A DNA stretch of 61,070 nt from Harriotta raleighana (lineage: Eukaryota), in assembly GCA_050575255.1 (NCBI GenBank), contig JBNZDD010013650.1:1814055-1875124 (forward strand), in the 5' to 3' direction. Each line of letters begins with the position of its first letter. Positions within the stretch are counted from its first letter, which is position 1. Under the pieces are notes generated by a model. The model was not told the origin of the DNA. It did not search any database and saw only the letters and a list, made by a program, of their open reading frames with translations. The position numbers and the translations under genes are program-made. Shown here piece after piece: positions 12,401 to 27,400 of this stretch.

Positions 12401-15400
12401 AAACAACAAATTGTATGTCCTTAGGTAATGTTTGTTTCTTCTGAGCATATGAGATAACTCTTGTATAAAAAGTGTTTCAGTGCCTGACAATCTGTCTTGA
12501 TAAATGATTTGAAGATAACACACCTATTACAACCAGCTTGCTTCAGTATAATTTATGACATTTCCATATGAATTATTTAGTGAATTTGAATATCAGTAGA
12601 TGAAACATTATACAGCGGTTGGCTTTGGCAGGTCTGTGGGATGTTCAAACTCTCAATCATCTTATTTCTATTGCACAACATTCACCTTGGCTTTAAGTTC
12701 ATCTCCAAAGTTTGGATCATAAAACTCCACAAAACGGAAGAAAAGAGCACGTTTCTGTGCCACGCTATAATTCTTGGGGATCTCTTCTTCCATATACTCC
12801 TTAAGGAAAGTCATATTACTCAGGAAGCGCCCGGTGAAGGCACGTAGCAGTTGAAACAGCAGCTCAATCTCTGCAAAATTACGCCTGGTGGAATGCATAA
12901 TATTTACACAAACATACATTTTGCTTTATTCAAAAAAAATCTTAAGTAACTACATTTTACTCAAAGTGCTGTCACTATTGGTAGACACAAAATATTTTCA
13001 CAAAACAATGAGAACTTCACTAATAACAATATCTTGGACTTGCTCTCTCCAGTATTATACAACTGTAATTTTGCTGTTGTTGATAGCTCTGATGACATAC
13101 ATAATCCTGAAATTTCTCTGATTTACCCTAAAGCTACCATCATCACTCAGCTCAATAAAAATATTCCAGCTACTCGTAACAGTGGCTTCCCTGGACAGGC
13201 CTACTGTAGAGGGAAGAGGAAATCCTCATCAGGATATGATTTCACATAAGGAGTCCTCAACATGGGAAAATATTATTTTCAACAATTTATTTTACTTCTG
13301 TATTTGGTGGGAAAATACTTACTAATAGTCCTTATATTTGATATAGTGGCCCTCACTAACCGACCTACCCTCTTCACTTTCTCTCCACAAATCCCTCTCC
13401 TCCAACCTTGACTCCTTCGACGGTCCCATCAGTCACCCCAAATCCCTCCCCCCTCTCCCTCCACAATCCCGAACCCAGCTCGGGTCTGAAGCACTGACTG
13501 TCCAGTGCCTTGGGACGTCCTCCCAACAAATGTAATTTTGTTGTTGTTATTGTATCATTGAGACGTCTCAAAGCACTTCACAGAATATACTAAAAAGTGA
13601 ATTGATTGTGTATTTTGAGACGAAAAGAAGTAATTTTGCTAAACATGCACTTCAGAACAAATTATTTTTAACTGTATAAATTCCAAGTGAATATTAAAAG
13701 CTACACTATAAAGGAACCTGCAAACTCCACCTATCTCTTAAAAGAGCCACCAAATAAACACTGAAGGTATTGCAAATGTGACTTAATTTTTTTAAAATAC
13801 ATTATTATCCGACACTGTGCGATTTTCAGAAGTGCACATATGGCACAATAACCATGAACAAGCTACTCATGTAGAAAATCCTAATCCTAACCCTATAAAT
13901 CATAACAGAACTTTTTTTTGGAAAAAGTGACTGCAGAACTTAAGTATCAGAAACATGTACATTAATTTTAATGAAGATTGAATGGTATGTGCTGCTTACA
14001 GAATTGCACTGAAAGACTTCATTCATTATCCCACCAATAACTCCATTAAAACATTGCTTAAATCAAAGTGTATGCGTACTTGCAGTAATTGAGTAGGCAG
14101 AATGCTAGCAGCTTCGGCTCTTTCCAATGGGTAGCGACCATGTTTTCCTTACGATGCCGTTCCTGGAAGGAATCACTCACCCATACCCGCCTTAAGTGGC
14201 TCACCAACTGCTGCTGGCCTGATAGCCAATTCCCATCATTCTTCACAATTATGCTGATAATCTATTAAGCAGAGTGAGGGTGATTAATGGGTTATTAAAA
14301 AAATGATTGCCTTGTAGTTAATATCCTAAGGAAACATTGATCGCTAATTTGAGGCTTTCTTGCTATCAGGCAATTAATCTGATTGTTAGTTATTGGTATT
14401 CCAACGGGTGTTTCATAAGGCTTCATTGAGAATTTGGGGTTGGCCAAGATGCTGGAATGAGAATGTAGTACTGCAATAAGAGTGGATGTGTAATTGACGA
14501 GATTTACCTTGATTGCTTGAAACTGCAGATCTAACCGGATGGTGCTTGTGCTGGGAGACCCAGGCCTGACTGCAGCTTGGGCTCCAGGAAATAGTAGGTT
14601 GACAAAACGACCTGGAGTTGCAGCAAGAACATCACGCAACGGCTTTGCATCCTTATGTTTTAAAAAACTCTGGAATGAGAACCAGGTGAAAGTACGGGAG
14701 TGAAGAGAGATGAAAGTCTGTAAAACATGCTGTTAAATTTCCAGGAACATTTGGAAACCCCAGGCAATAAAACAGCAATATACAGTAAAAGCCCGTTTAT
14801 CCGTGACTCAATGAACCGGAAAACCTGTTGAATCGCAAAAAAAGTCCCGATTCGATAAACCGGAAGTTATCCGGCAGAATAGTGATGATGCATTTAATTA
14901 ATTGATTGTCGCGAGCGAGTACTGGTGCAGATATATTGGCTGGCCGCTAGTCGAGCCTAAACTCGCTCCTGCCTTTTTTTGAAAGTCGCGATACTGTCGT
15001 TTTTTTCAAAAGTCGCCCTGTCATTTTGTTTTCCTCCCATGGCGTCCACCGCCAAGTTACATATAAATAATAAATACCAATACAATACTCTGTTATTATA
15101 GTATCTGTTATTAGTGTATTTAGTCTATTATTTATATATTAATGTTCAACATTTACAATAGTCATACAATATTCTGTTATTACAGTATCTATCATTACTG
15201 TATTTACTCTATTATTTATATGGTATTGTGTACAACATTTACAATAAAATACACATACAATATTGTTATTATCTGTTATTATTTAGTCTATTATTAATAT
15301 GTTATGCATTAAGATAATTTTTAATTAAAAAAAATATATTTAGTTTTTTTAAGAATTATTTAACTGGAAAAACGTTTAACCACAACTGGCCAAGTCCCGT

Positions 15401-18400
15401 GGGTGCCAGATAAACGGGCTTTTACTGTATATTGTCTACCCATTGTACCACCCATTTTAACGAGAATTTAGAATAAAGTTGTTCCAATGAACACAGTGAA
15501 CAAGGATGCAATGCAGAATATTTACCTGATTTTTCTTCCCTTCCCCCAACATCATCAATATCAAATTGTTATTTCCAAACTGATTATCTTGATTTATCTT
15601 TCCACAGTACACAATTAAATTATAAATTCTGCCAATTAAAAAATTATTTGGAGCCCATATCTAACAAAGGAAACTTTGTTATCCAGTTATGTTTCATGCT
15701 GTTTAATATCATCGATATTAAACAGCATGACTTTGTACGTGCCTGTCCAGTATCCTAATCACCAATGTTGGGTTGTGATGGCCAGTGTTTTGATTTGCTA
15801 ATGGAGTGAGTCATCTTTCCGTCTACAGAATACAGCCTGTTATCACACATCACTATACTATTACAAAACAAAAACAGAAATTGCTGGGATCACTCAGCGG
15901 GTCAGACAACATCTATGACCACCAGAACAGCATCATGACCACCAGAACAAAACGTTGACTCACTTTCTTTTCTCCATAGATACTGCCTGACCTGCTGAGT
16001 GATCCCAGCAATTTCTGTTTTTGCTTCAGATTTCCAACATTTGCAGTATTTTGTGTTTTTATCTTTATATAGTTGGGATTTTATGGTTCTCCACTAACAT
16101 GTATTAACAGGACACTTTTGTATTATTCCAATATAATTTTTATATAAAACTGATTACCATGAACATTCTACTCCATTGAGGATCATTCAAAGTGGCTTCC
16201 ATCATAAAGAGTTCAACAGTCTGTGCTGGGTAACGAGTTAAAAACTTAATCAGAGGCTCACGAAATGGACTTCCAGCCTGTACATAAGGGGGAAATATGA
16301 AAAAGTGATTAATCTAAATTTTGACTATTACATTGGACTATTTGATGTCACACTCAAAACTTTGATTAATATATTTTGTCGGCAATGGCATTATCTCAAG
16401 GCAGATACAACAAGTTACTATATTTCACACTGAGTTGACGGATTTCCACATTAGTAATAAACTACTAAAGGAGACATCTGGTCAAATCTCAATCTCCTGC
16501 TTGTCCAATATTCTTTGACTTTATCTCTTTATTATTCAATTCGTGAAATCCACTGGCCCGTTTTCAGTGCCTCAACTTGTGCTAAGGAACCCACAGTGAC
16601 TGCCTGATAGCATCACAGCCCTGACCCACTGTTCCAAGTCTGTAGAATGAGTTTACTGCATCAAATTCAACTGTATTAAATAATCAACCCAAAAATTGGC
16701 TGCCACGTTTCACCAACAAATATACAGTAAATTCACTTTACAATATATTCTGTGAAGCGCTTTGAGACATCTAGAAGACGCAAAAAGTGCAACATCAAAT
16801 GCAAGATTATTATTATTCAATCATACATAGTGTTAAACAAAAGTTTGGTTTTGGTTAGCTACATTGTAACTAAAAGATATGCTGTGCATTTAAAAATTCT
16901 GTGATCATGATGAAAGGTTACTCAATTAACAGAAGCATGTGTGTCTGCATTTATTTAAATAGTTTGACCTGAACACAATTTCACATTTAATACCTCAATT
17001 AGCATGGCTCTTTCAGTTTTCATCACCACTTCCAACAGGGGCTTCACCAGGGTTTGAGGTGCAGCCGGGATTAAGTGAAACAGATTAATGATGGCCGAAC
17101 AGATTTTCATTTCCTGCACAAGTTAATCAGAAACAACATTATGAAAGCGCATCAAACCAAGATATTGAACAGCATCACTCAATTAACTAGATACATTACT
17201 ATTGGAACTTTCTGTTCTTGATGATAAATTGTTGATTCAATAATGTTTTAGCAGAAAATGATTGCTGATCTTTCAACTGGTGCAACTCAATAGCATTGCT
17301 GGAATCAAAGCTTACCTCTACTTAATAAAGTCTGATTGCTATGAACACTCAAAAATATGTTTGTAATACAGTAAAATCTCGATAATCCGGCATGTCTGGG
17401 GAAGCCATGCCACATATACGACATAAGATGTAAACACACTGAAGCCAAAAAATGGCCAAGCTTCACCCACAGCCCGGGTGACAGAACGGACATGCCGGGA
17501 TCCACAAGCTGCTGTTCTCAACTCCGGGAGATTTGCCGACATCGGAAAAAATCTAATCCTGTTTGTGGCGGTTTTAGGGAGTTACAGGCCTTCGTTGAAT
17601 TATCGGAACGTTGAATTATCGATCTTTTACTGTATTGTATAATCCTAATTAAACACACTGGGATGAAACGCAGCAGTAAAATGTCACATGAATTAAGAAC
17701 CACCATCGAAATGTAAAAGCGCAAATTAAGGATTGCTCCAATCAGCATTCTCATTTTTTATGCAGATCGTACAATTTATTCAACTATGTACTTTAATTTG
17801 AGAAATAGTAAAGAAAGGAAATGGCAGTCAGTTCATCTAACTTATGCCATGCATAATTATAGAGAGGGAGGGGGCAAAAATAAAAGAAAAAATTCAAAAT
17901 AAGTAGTTTGAGTGAACTTTCGAGACATGCTTCACGGTGACTCAAATCATTGAATGCTTTGTTCCTTATAATTCCAAATCTAATGGTCATAAAATGCACT
18001 GTTCCCAGTTAAGCCAGCATAATGAGCTTTTAGCTACAATGACTGGTGGAGTACTTAAACAACGAACCAATTATATTTTAATTTTGGCATTCAGAATCAA
18101 AAACTATAAGTGACTTGCTTGAGTCATGTGGCAGACCACAATCAATTTTATATGTCAGTCCAATTTAACTTAAAAGATTGATCAGGATCAAATAACAGAT
18201 ACGAGTAAAGACGACAGGAGAAAAAACACGTAAAAAATATTTTTAACACATGTAGAGAGACCTCATATTGAAAAACTAAAAGTATCTGATCTAAAACAAA
18301 TCTTCCACAAGTGTCCTCACCCATTACATTTCAGTGTGGCCTCATCAACAAAACAATACCACAGAGAAACAACCACTGGAAATTGCCACAGCACCGCATT

Positions 18401-21400
18401 TTCAAGCAAAACGCACAACTGCTAACCACAGAACACTACAACAGCTGGAACATCAAAACACAACAGAAAAAAACAACACCATAAAATGGAACAACTTCCT
18501 GATCACACTTGGCCTTTACCAGAATTCTCACCTCTACCCCCTCCATGGCAGGCTAAACCAAAACAAGAATCATAACAAAACAATTGAACAGGGCAGACAA
18601 TAAGTGCTACTGGACTGAAAATAAATCAGATTCAGTAAATCTATAAATCTGCAGAAAATTAAAAATTGACAAGAGGCAACTTAAGTTTCACCAGTATGAC
18701 CTATTCTACAGAAGAAACCTATACAACGAGGCTTCATATGAGGCTGTCGTACAAAGTCTTATGTAGAGATCCTACTTCAAATAGAAGTAGGAGGAAGATT
18801 CATATGCGGTATAGGTTTAAAACATTTTAACGTATTCAGTAGAGTGTAATTGTCTACAAAAGCTGGTCAAACAGTCATAAACAGCCTCTCCTTCTACAGA
18901 GAAAGAGAATGGGGACGCAACAAAAAAAAACACGAGCCTGGATAACTGCAAAGCATGTCCATGTCGAAACATTACAATTGCTGAAACTACCATTATTCAG
19001 ATTGGGCAATCTCCCAGTGAATCTACATAAAAGAATGAGATGACAATTTCTAAAGTTAATTGTTCACAAAAGTCAAAGGCCTTAAAAATCATAGAAATTT
19101 AATTAGATGTTCTTCAAATAATTAAGCACAAAGTTTTGGCAAATTACTATGACGGTCATACATTCTTCCAAGGTTATCTGTCAATAAAAGAGAACACCCC
19201 ACAGACATCATTATAGCAGTCCAAGAGCCACTACATTCCTAATTTGTTATAATGGGTATTTTTCTCTTTAAATAGTACTGAATGTCTTACATGAACAAAT
19301 TTTTTACATTTATCTTAATAAATAGACAAGCTAAATTACTTACATTTCCATCACTTCTTTGTCCTCCTTTGTGAGTGAGAACCACCACCTCCATCCACTT
19401 ACGCAAATGTTGCTAGGATTAAAAACAAGGTTATCCGTTAAATTATATCTGATTAAATCAAACATTTCATTTGCTATACAATTGTGGAATTATGGTTGTG
19501 GAACTTGAGCAAAAATTAAAATAGCATTTATTTGTTCATGCCTTACTTCCTTCAGCTAGTTATTGGGAATTAAATTCTCATTTAAAAAAAAGTATTCACC
19601 TGTGTAACATAATTGTTTCAATCCTTATTTAACACGCCATTTGGCATGCATATGATTGCAAATCCGTTTATATGTTAGGTTCTTATATCCTCAACAAACG
19701 CCAAACAAAATGCAATCAGTATAAATTACTATAATGCTAAAAGTGAATTCTACTGAATGCCCACATGCTCCAAGGTAGATTCCTATACAGCCAATGCCCC
19801 TTACGACACATGCTAGGAATGTTAAAAGCCACTGGTAAAAAAGAACATAGGAGTCGAGATTTTATATAAAGTTTCCCTTGATGTGAATGGGAAAGTCATC
19901 TTTATGCACCTGACTAACTGGATGGCTAAACCTCTACTGTCCAATATCAAGCTAATTATATTATTCCTGTTCATAACTGTGCAAGCAGCCTTGTGCAAAA
20001 TACCTTTCAGTGGTGATTCTACCCATTTTGTTTCATAACATAATAAGGTCATTATAAAGAAGGATAACACAAAAGTGGGGCAAATCAGGCTGAACAGAAT
20101 GATATAATATGCCATATTTGGTCTAAAATTGGGTTCATTAACAATTCAATAAGAACTTCAATTAGAATGTCAGGAAGTCTCAATCATTTGTTCAGTACAA
20201 TTCATGTTCCTCGTCCAAATGAACAGCTGTGTAAATACTCAACATCAACTCTCAGGATCCTTTGAACTTAAAATTTACTGTAATTTTAGAAGGACCAGAT
20301 AATTGCTTGACGTCTATGCTGGATACAATGTCTCGTTATTCAAAGAGAGGCATGCACTGCCACCAAAATAAAATTTATCTCTTTTGTGTGAAAAAGTATG
20401 GGTTCAACAAGTCCCAGGGGCATCACCCTGATTGCTAACATATACATGTCAAAATGTATATATACTGTGTGCAATTTGGCTGCCGCGTTTTGCCCACAAA
20501 TATACAGTAAATTTTCCTACTTTTCTTCCCCCAACCCCTCCCCCCTGCTCTAATCCCTACTTGACTGTTCAGCGCCTTGGGACATCCTCCCGATGTGAAA
20601 GGTGCTATATAAATATAATTTTTGATCAATTGATTGATTGAAATGAGTCTTTCCCCATTATATAATTGTGTTGGGAAGCATTTCAGTTATTTTCCATTGA
20701 ATATGACATGCCTTATAATTCACCTTATTGTGAAATATCAGAGAACTCAAACAGTGTTCAGGTATCAATGGTATCTCAGAATATTGTGAGCCTTAGACAA
20801 TACAGAGAGAAATTGTTTCAACTCAACAATTCTAGAGGAAAGAACTACAGTATCAAGTCATAATGTGGAACAGGAATTATGGAAGGAAAAAAATTTAAAC
20901 TGAGAATCACTGCATCAATATTATTGGTCCTGAGGAGTAGCTTATTCGGCCACCTTTTATTCGGATTAATATCAAATAACTCAAACGTTTTGACACCACT
21001 CAAAACAAAATAGCTAGGATCACCTATCCATTAGGGTACGTGACACTACTACACTTTAGGAAGGATATTAAGGCATTGGAGAGGTGCAAAGGATAGTTAC
21101 CAGGATGGTACAAATGAGGAACTTCAGTTATCAGGAGAGGATTATTCTCCTTGAAGCAGAGAAGGTTAAGAGAAGACTTAATAGAAGTTTTCAAAATTAT
21201 TAGGGTGTTCGATAGGGTGAATAAGGAGAAACTATTTCCACTTGCAAGTGGATCGGTAACCCGAGGACACCAATTTAAAATAGTTGTTAAAAGAAACAGA
21301 GAACTGTTTTCATGCAATGAGTTGTTTGAAACTGAAATGCATTATCTGAAAGGGTGGTGGGAATTGATTCAATAACAACTTTTAAGACAGAAGTAGGTAA

Positions 21401-24400
21401 TTATTTAGGGAGGACAAGTCTGTAGAGCTATGGGGAGAGTGGAAAGTGGGATTGATTTGGACAGCTCTTTTCAAAAAGTCTGCACAGACTGTGCTGTATA
21501 ATTCTATGATTAAGTTTAGTTTACAGGAATTAAAACATTCAAGTCTTTCAAGTCTCCTTGAGCTAGAAAGCCTCATGAAAATCATAAAACAGCAGTTAAT
21601 AAACTGAGTTATGTATGAAGCCTATGATATTTACTTCCACATATGAAACAACCATAGCTGACTTGCAATTTTGAGAGTTAAGTCTGCTTCAATAAGAATT
21701 TAAAAGAATTTTCACTTCTCTACATACATAAGCGTATTTTCAATAATGTCAAGTTTGGTTAAAAAATCTATAGAGTATTGCAGTGACCATCAATTCACTT
21801 TACAATATATTCTGTGAAGCTCTTTGAGACGTCGATACGACGTGAAAAGCGCACTATCAAATGCAAGGATTATTATTATTGTATATACCCTGAGACAAAG
21901 GACGAAAGCACTGCAAGCACTATACAAATGTTATTTTGCTGTTGCTGCAACACACAATTGTATTTCTGATGTTTGCTTTAAATGCTTTCACATAGAATTA
22001 AACAAATGCACTTAAGTAGAATTATTTAGATCAAAACCTCACGAGGGGCAGAGTTAAAATTTGTTACACTTGTGAGAATGGAAGAACATCCAGCAAATGG
22101 TTATACAATCTACCTATCTTAATAATTTCAAAAGAAGTTTAAATCATCAACCATACATTATCCTCCATCACTATCATGGTACAATAAAACCTTGTTTATC
22201 CGGCACGCTCGGGGGGGTGGGGGGGGGTGGGAGGGATGGGTCGACTAATTGACTCTGCCGGTTAAACGGGGACAAGTCGCCGAAAACCCAACATAAAAAA
22301 ATTAACTTATTTTAAAACATACCATGTTAATAATAGACTACATAGTAACAGAATATTGTGTGGATACTTACCAATAAAGCATTCTAGCACAGTCGGGAAA
22401 AAAATCGGTAAACAGCATTTTTTACCGATCGGTAAAAAACCCAAGTGCGTGGGTTTATTAAGTGAGCATGCGCACATATTGCATGCATGCGCAAAGTGAG
22501 CAAACTCACGATTCTGGAATGGGGAATTGCCCCGGGAGGGGGTCAAGCCAAATTGGGTCACGGTTGATCGGGTCACGGATGAAAGAGGTTTTACTGTACT
22601 ATCCAATTAAAAATGAAGAACCAAATAAAGCAGTTCATCATTTCTAACATTAATTAGGCAATCAGTCCAATCTTAGAATAATTCTTCACTACTCTAATCT
22701 AATCTAAAGTGAAAAGGTCATAGTGGAGGGAAACCATTCTGAAACATGATGGAAGCTTCACTTAGTATTGTATGTTTGATCCATGAGTGCTCATAGTTGT
22801 GGAACCTGCAGGAACCAATGACTAGAATTGGCTGGAATTGGCTTAAAATTGGGTGGAAATCATCACGGTAAAAAAAAAAGAACAAATGGATGGATGAGGA
22901 AAACTTTAATGGAGTGAGGAGAAAAAAATGGTTCAGGTAAAAATGTAACACTTTTAAAACCAATCTCACTGATTATGCAAGATAAATTCTTTGGATTCAA
23001 GAAAAGGTTACATGAACATTCGCCATAATGGGTAGTCAAATCAAATGGTGATAAATTAAAAGAAGCTAGAACTCTTTAAAAATAACAGATCTCTTTTTCG
23101 CTCTTCCTTTCTAACCATCTGTCTCTTTTTGAACTTTTTCTGATATTCATGCATACAGTATTAGCAGATTTAGACTTAGAATTAATTTTTTGCACAAGTT
23201 TTTATTGTAGAGAATAATATTAATTTAACATACAATTTCTGTAGTATATCCATTACTCTAAAGGATTTGAATGTCACATTGCTTCTGTTCTTATATTGCT
23301 TGAAGTACTTAATTTTAGAGCGCGCTATAATTCAGCAATAAAAATAAGGCTAAAATAGCAGGCACTTGAACTATGTGAGCCAACTAAAATCTACATTATC
23401 ACATTGTTTCTAATAAATAAATCCAAATATGACTATTTCTTGCAAGATTTGCATTATTGCACCATTAAAAGCGATATTCCCTTTCAATGAACTGCCAGCA
23501 AATATGACTGGAGTTCGGGCACTATTCATTCAAGTATTTGTGCTATGGGAAATTCCTAATTCCATTCCAACAAGAAAAGTTCTAAGGAGAAAGTATTTGT
23601 TGAGCCAGCTACCCGGAATCCAAAGTCTTAATGTAATAGTATGGAATTTTGTGCAGTAAAAACTGATTGTTAATAGACTTGGTTTGAGAAGAGTGGTAGA
23701 CTTCTCAATGGAGGAACAAAGATCTGAGAGTACAAATGTTTGTTCAAAGTGCAATTATAATTAGCAAAGGCTGTTAAAAGGCCACAGAGGATTCTGAGTA
23801 TCATATACAGAGGCAATATAGACAAAAGTAAATGATAATCTGCACAAGACATTAGTTAAATTGGCAGTAAATTATGTGCAGTTGTAGCGCCAAATTGTAA
23901 AAAAGATATTACAGCTATGGAGATAGTGCATCGTAGGCTGATACTGTACTAGAAATGAAAGCATATAGCTATGGAACTGGCTTGTGTGGGTAGGGCTTTT
24001 TCTATTCAAGCATCGAGTCATCATCTCATCAACTTCTATCTTTACTTGTCTGTGACTTTGTAGTTATTTTCAAATTGGACATTGCGAACATAAAAATCAA
24101 TGAGATTTGATGACAGTTAATGTATAATGATTCATCATATGAATGGAATATAATTCACTGCAGAATGCATAAAAACATAAACACATGTAACAATTATTAT
24201 AATATAAGGAATGTCAGAAAAAAACATTTGGACTTCATTTTAAATTAGAAAATGTTTCTACAGAGATGAAGTTCTCTTCTAGATGGCAATATGTGCAATG
24301 CATCATTCTATCCTGGGCTATTAAACTTTTAACTTACTCAAATTTAAAATTCCTTAAACTTTAACAATCTCAATATTGGGCTATGGTTGTGAAATTCTTC

Positions 24401-27400
24401 ACATACTTACCATCATTTGATCACAGAATTTATCATTAAAGGAGTTGGGGAACAACCTTGTTACAGAAGTCAAACGATTCACAACATTTAATGTCAGGCT
24501 GCGATAGTCACCTAACATCATCAGCAAGGGCCGCATGTGGGTGTGGATTTGATCCACTTCAATAGTAGCTCCTTCCAAAAACTAAGGAAAAATATTAAAC
24601 TTAGAGTTAGCATCATTCCCAAATAAAGTCCATGCTCAGAAAAAAAACATATGCTCCACCTCATCCAAAATTTGACTTGCCCCCATTCCTACCGTTTCAA
24701 ATGCCTATCTCCTCACCATTGTCTTCCGTTGGAAGTGGATCGATTTCAAAATCCTCACTCATCTATATCCATCCCTCCACTGCTCTTAAATCTCCATATT
24801 TCTGTTATCTTCTCAATTCTCACTCAGACTCAGTCCCTCTGCCCAGCAAACCCGACTGCCCTTCACCAACGGCAACCGAGATTTCAGCACCCCTGGCACT
24901 CCCTTCCTTAATCTCTCCGTCTCACCCCTCCATCTTTGAAAGTTGCCTAAAAACCTAAAACTTACCTTGCTCGGTCCCATTTCCTCTTCACACTCGCTGT
25001 CCTATATTTTACTCTGTGACAGAACTTATGTGAAGCTAGTTCATAAATCCAAAAAAGTTGTTTTTGTCTCTTTAACAACTCCATATTGTATATACTGTAT
25101 TATGTATTACACCATTCAACTGACCTTCCTCATGCAGGCTTCTCCTGCCTCCTGCAATTCATTATTAGTAGAGTTTAGAGCCTTGAAAAGCGCTGCAATT
25201 ATTTTTTCTCGTGACTGAGGCAAATAATTGCAAGCAGCTAGCGCATCTGTTCAACAAATAAAAAGAATCAATGGTTAAAAAAAAGTATTTGTGCAATGTA
25301 AGCCAACAAATAACTTTCCACTTTATCACTATGTGAGTTAGAGCACATCCAGAACAAAATAAAGAATTTGATTTTTTTTTTGGTAAACAGATAAGAAAAC
25401 GTATTATCTCAATTCAGTACAACAGACAAATAATAAATACATGGTAAGTGTACATATTTTCAACTTGGGTTTAAATTTTTTTTGCTGATTTGATGCACTG
25501 TTAATATGAGGAGGAAGATGTAACTGCTAAGAAAATGAGAAGCCGCTCTATCACATTTTTGACTCCTTTTAAATATACTGATCAATTTCCTTACTTGTGC
25601 TGCCCCGACAACATTTTAATGGTTTTCAATTATAGTAATTAATGCAAGCATCAATCTCAGATTCAAAATGTAATGCTGATACCAATAGATTTTATTGCCA
25701 ATGCGTTTTATTTTTAAGAATTTCCTGTGCATAGTTTGGGGCCATTAGAACTGATAGAACACATTTTTATGAGATCCTGAATTGACAATCTTTCTACATC
25801 TTGATTTTTTCTGGAATATCTTGGGTTAATATCATACTGGATAAATCAAACAATTCTCATCATTTCACAGTACCCTGTATTAATGCACCAACCTATTGTC
25901 ACACCTTACCACTCAGTCATTGCTTAACTTTGTGAACCAATTCACAGGTAAGGGTGTAAAGTACTAAACTCACCTAAAATTTCCTCTAAAAACAGCTTAA
26001 ACAGCCAGGAATTAGACATCTCTTAAACATCCTGTTAATTCATCCCCAAACTGTACAAATTGCAGGTGAACATAAATAACTCCCAAGTGTCTAAGTTGAC
26101 AACAGCTTTCTGTTTTTTGAGTTACCATATTTTCACTTACTTAGGGCAGCGATGCGTAATGGCACAAGCGAAGGGAGGCTTTTATAGCATGGCAGCTTCA
26201 TAAGTGCGACATCTTCTGCCTCACACAGATTTAATAACTGTAATAAGATAAAAGCATTTGGTAAGTGGGACTACAACTTTGTACTTGTACAAATAATTCC
26301 ATTATATAAGCTATTTTTGTAAAAAAAACGCTTGCATAATTTTTTTCTTTTTAATCCATCAATGGTTCTCATGTCCAAGGAAACAGATACATTTGCGGTC
26401 ATTTTTTGGTTGGGTAGCTCTGGATCAGCTCCCAAGCTAATATAAAGCACTGACCTCTATTAAACAACTGTAATTATTACTGCAGTTGTATATGTTATTA
26501 CCAAAACAGCCTAGGTTCTACAAATCATCGCATTCATGAACGCTTTACAAATGTAAAATATGAAAAGGATTTAATCTGCATTTGTAGCTAGCTAGGTGGA
26601 CCATTAAATTATTACCCCAAATTGTTTTGCTTCTCAAAAATAACATTAGCTCACTGCTACATCAAAAATAGCTAGCAACAACAGTTTCCTTCTTTTTCAG
26701 TCAAAAAAATAAATCAGAAGAATAGGCTGTGATACTTCAATACATTATTATAATAACACAAATCAAGCATTCCACATTAAATTATTCTTCCAACTTGCAG
26801 GTTATTAAATATAGAACTGAGAAATCCTGGGGGGGAAAGCTCATACCAAGACACACATCAACTCTTAGTTAACTTTTTACATTCATTCTTATGGGAAAAA
26901 TGTATTCATTTAAAGTCTTTTCGTTTAAAGTCGCACTTTGCATGAACCAAACTACGACATTAAGCAGAGACTACCTGTATATTAAATTACACTGATTAAC
27001 ATAACTCACCAAATGTTGGTTTCAACACCTTAAACATTAAATACACCCAGCACTTACTTCTGTATAAAAGACTTTGTGCTCCACAACATTGAGATCCATA
27101 GTGAAGAGCCTAGGCTGCAGCGTTGTGCAAAAAGTGTTTCCTTCCATCAGTCCAATCTGGGCGTTTGCAGGTTGATGCCGAAGCAAGTGCTTTTTAGGTG
27201 GAACCATGTCTTGTAGGACCTGGGAGCATATTAAATTATTCCATGAATTTTTATACAATAATTAAACTAAAATCACCATGAGAACAAACTTCTCACACTT
27301 GGATTACTGATTCAAGTAAACAGATCATTGACATGTCTTTTCGGTTTAGTAGAGTGATTAAAAAAAAACTGATGGGTCTGTAAAAATATACAAACAATCT

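Noticed and set aside
13050-13160. GTGATGA C-box-like motif on the minus strand
   Set aside because: No suitably placed CTGA D box, terminal stem or recognisable guide.
19397-19402. Perfect GTAAGT inside coding exon 30; duplicate GTAAGT donors just downstream of exons 4 and 39
   Set aside because: Poor exonic context and frameshifting products, with no evidence of use; likely chance.
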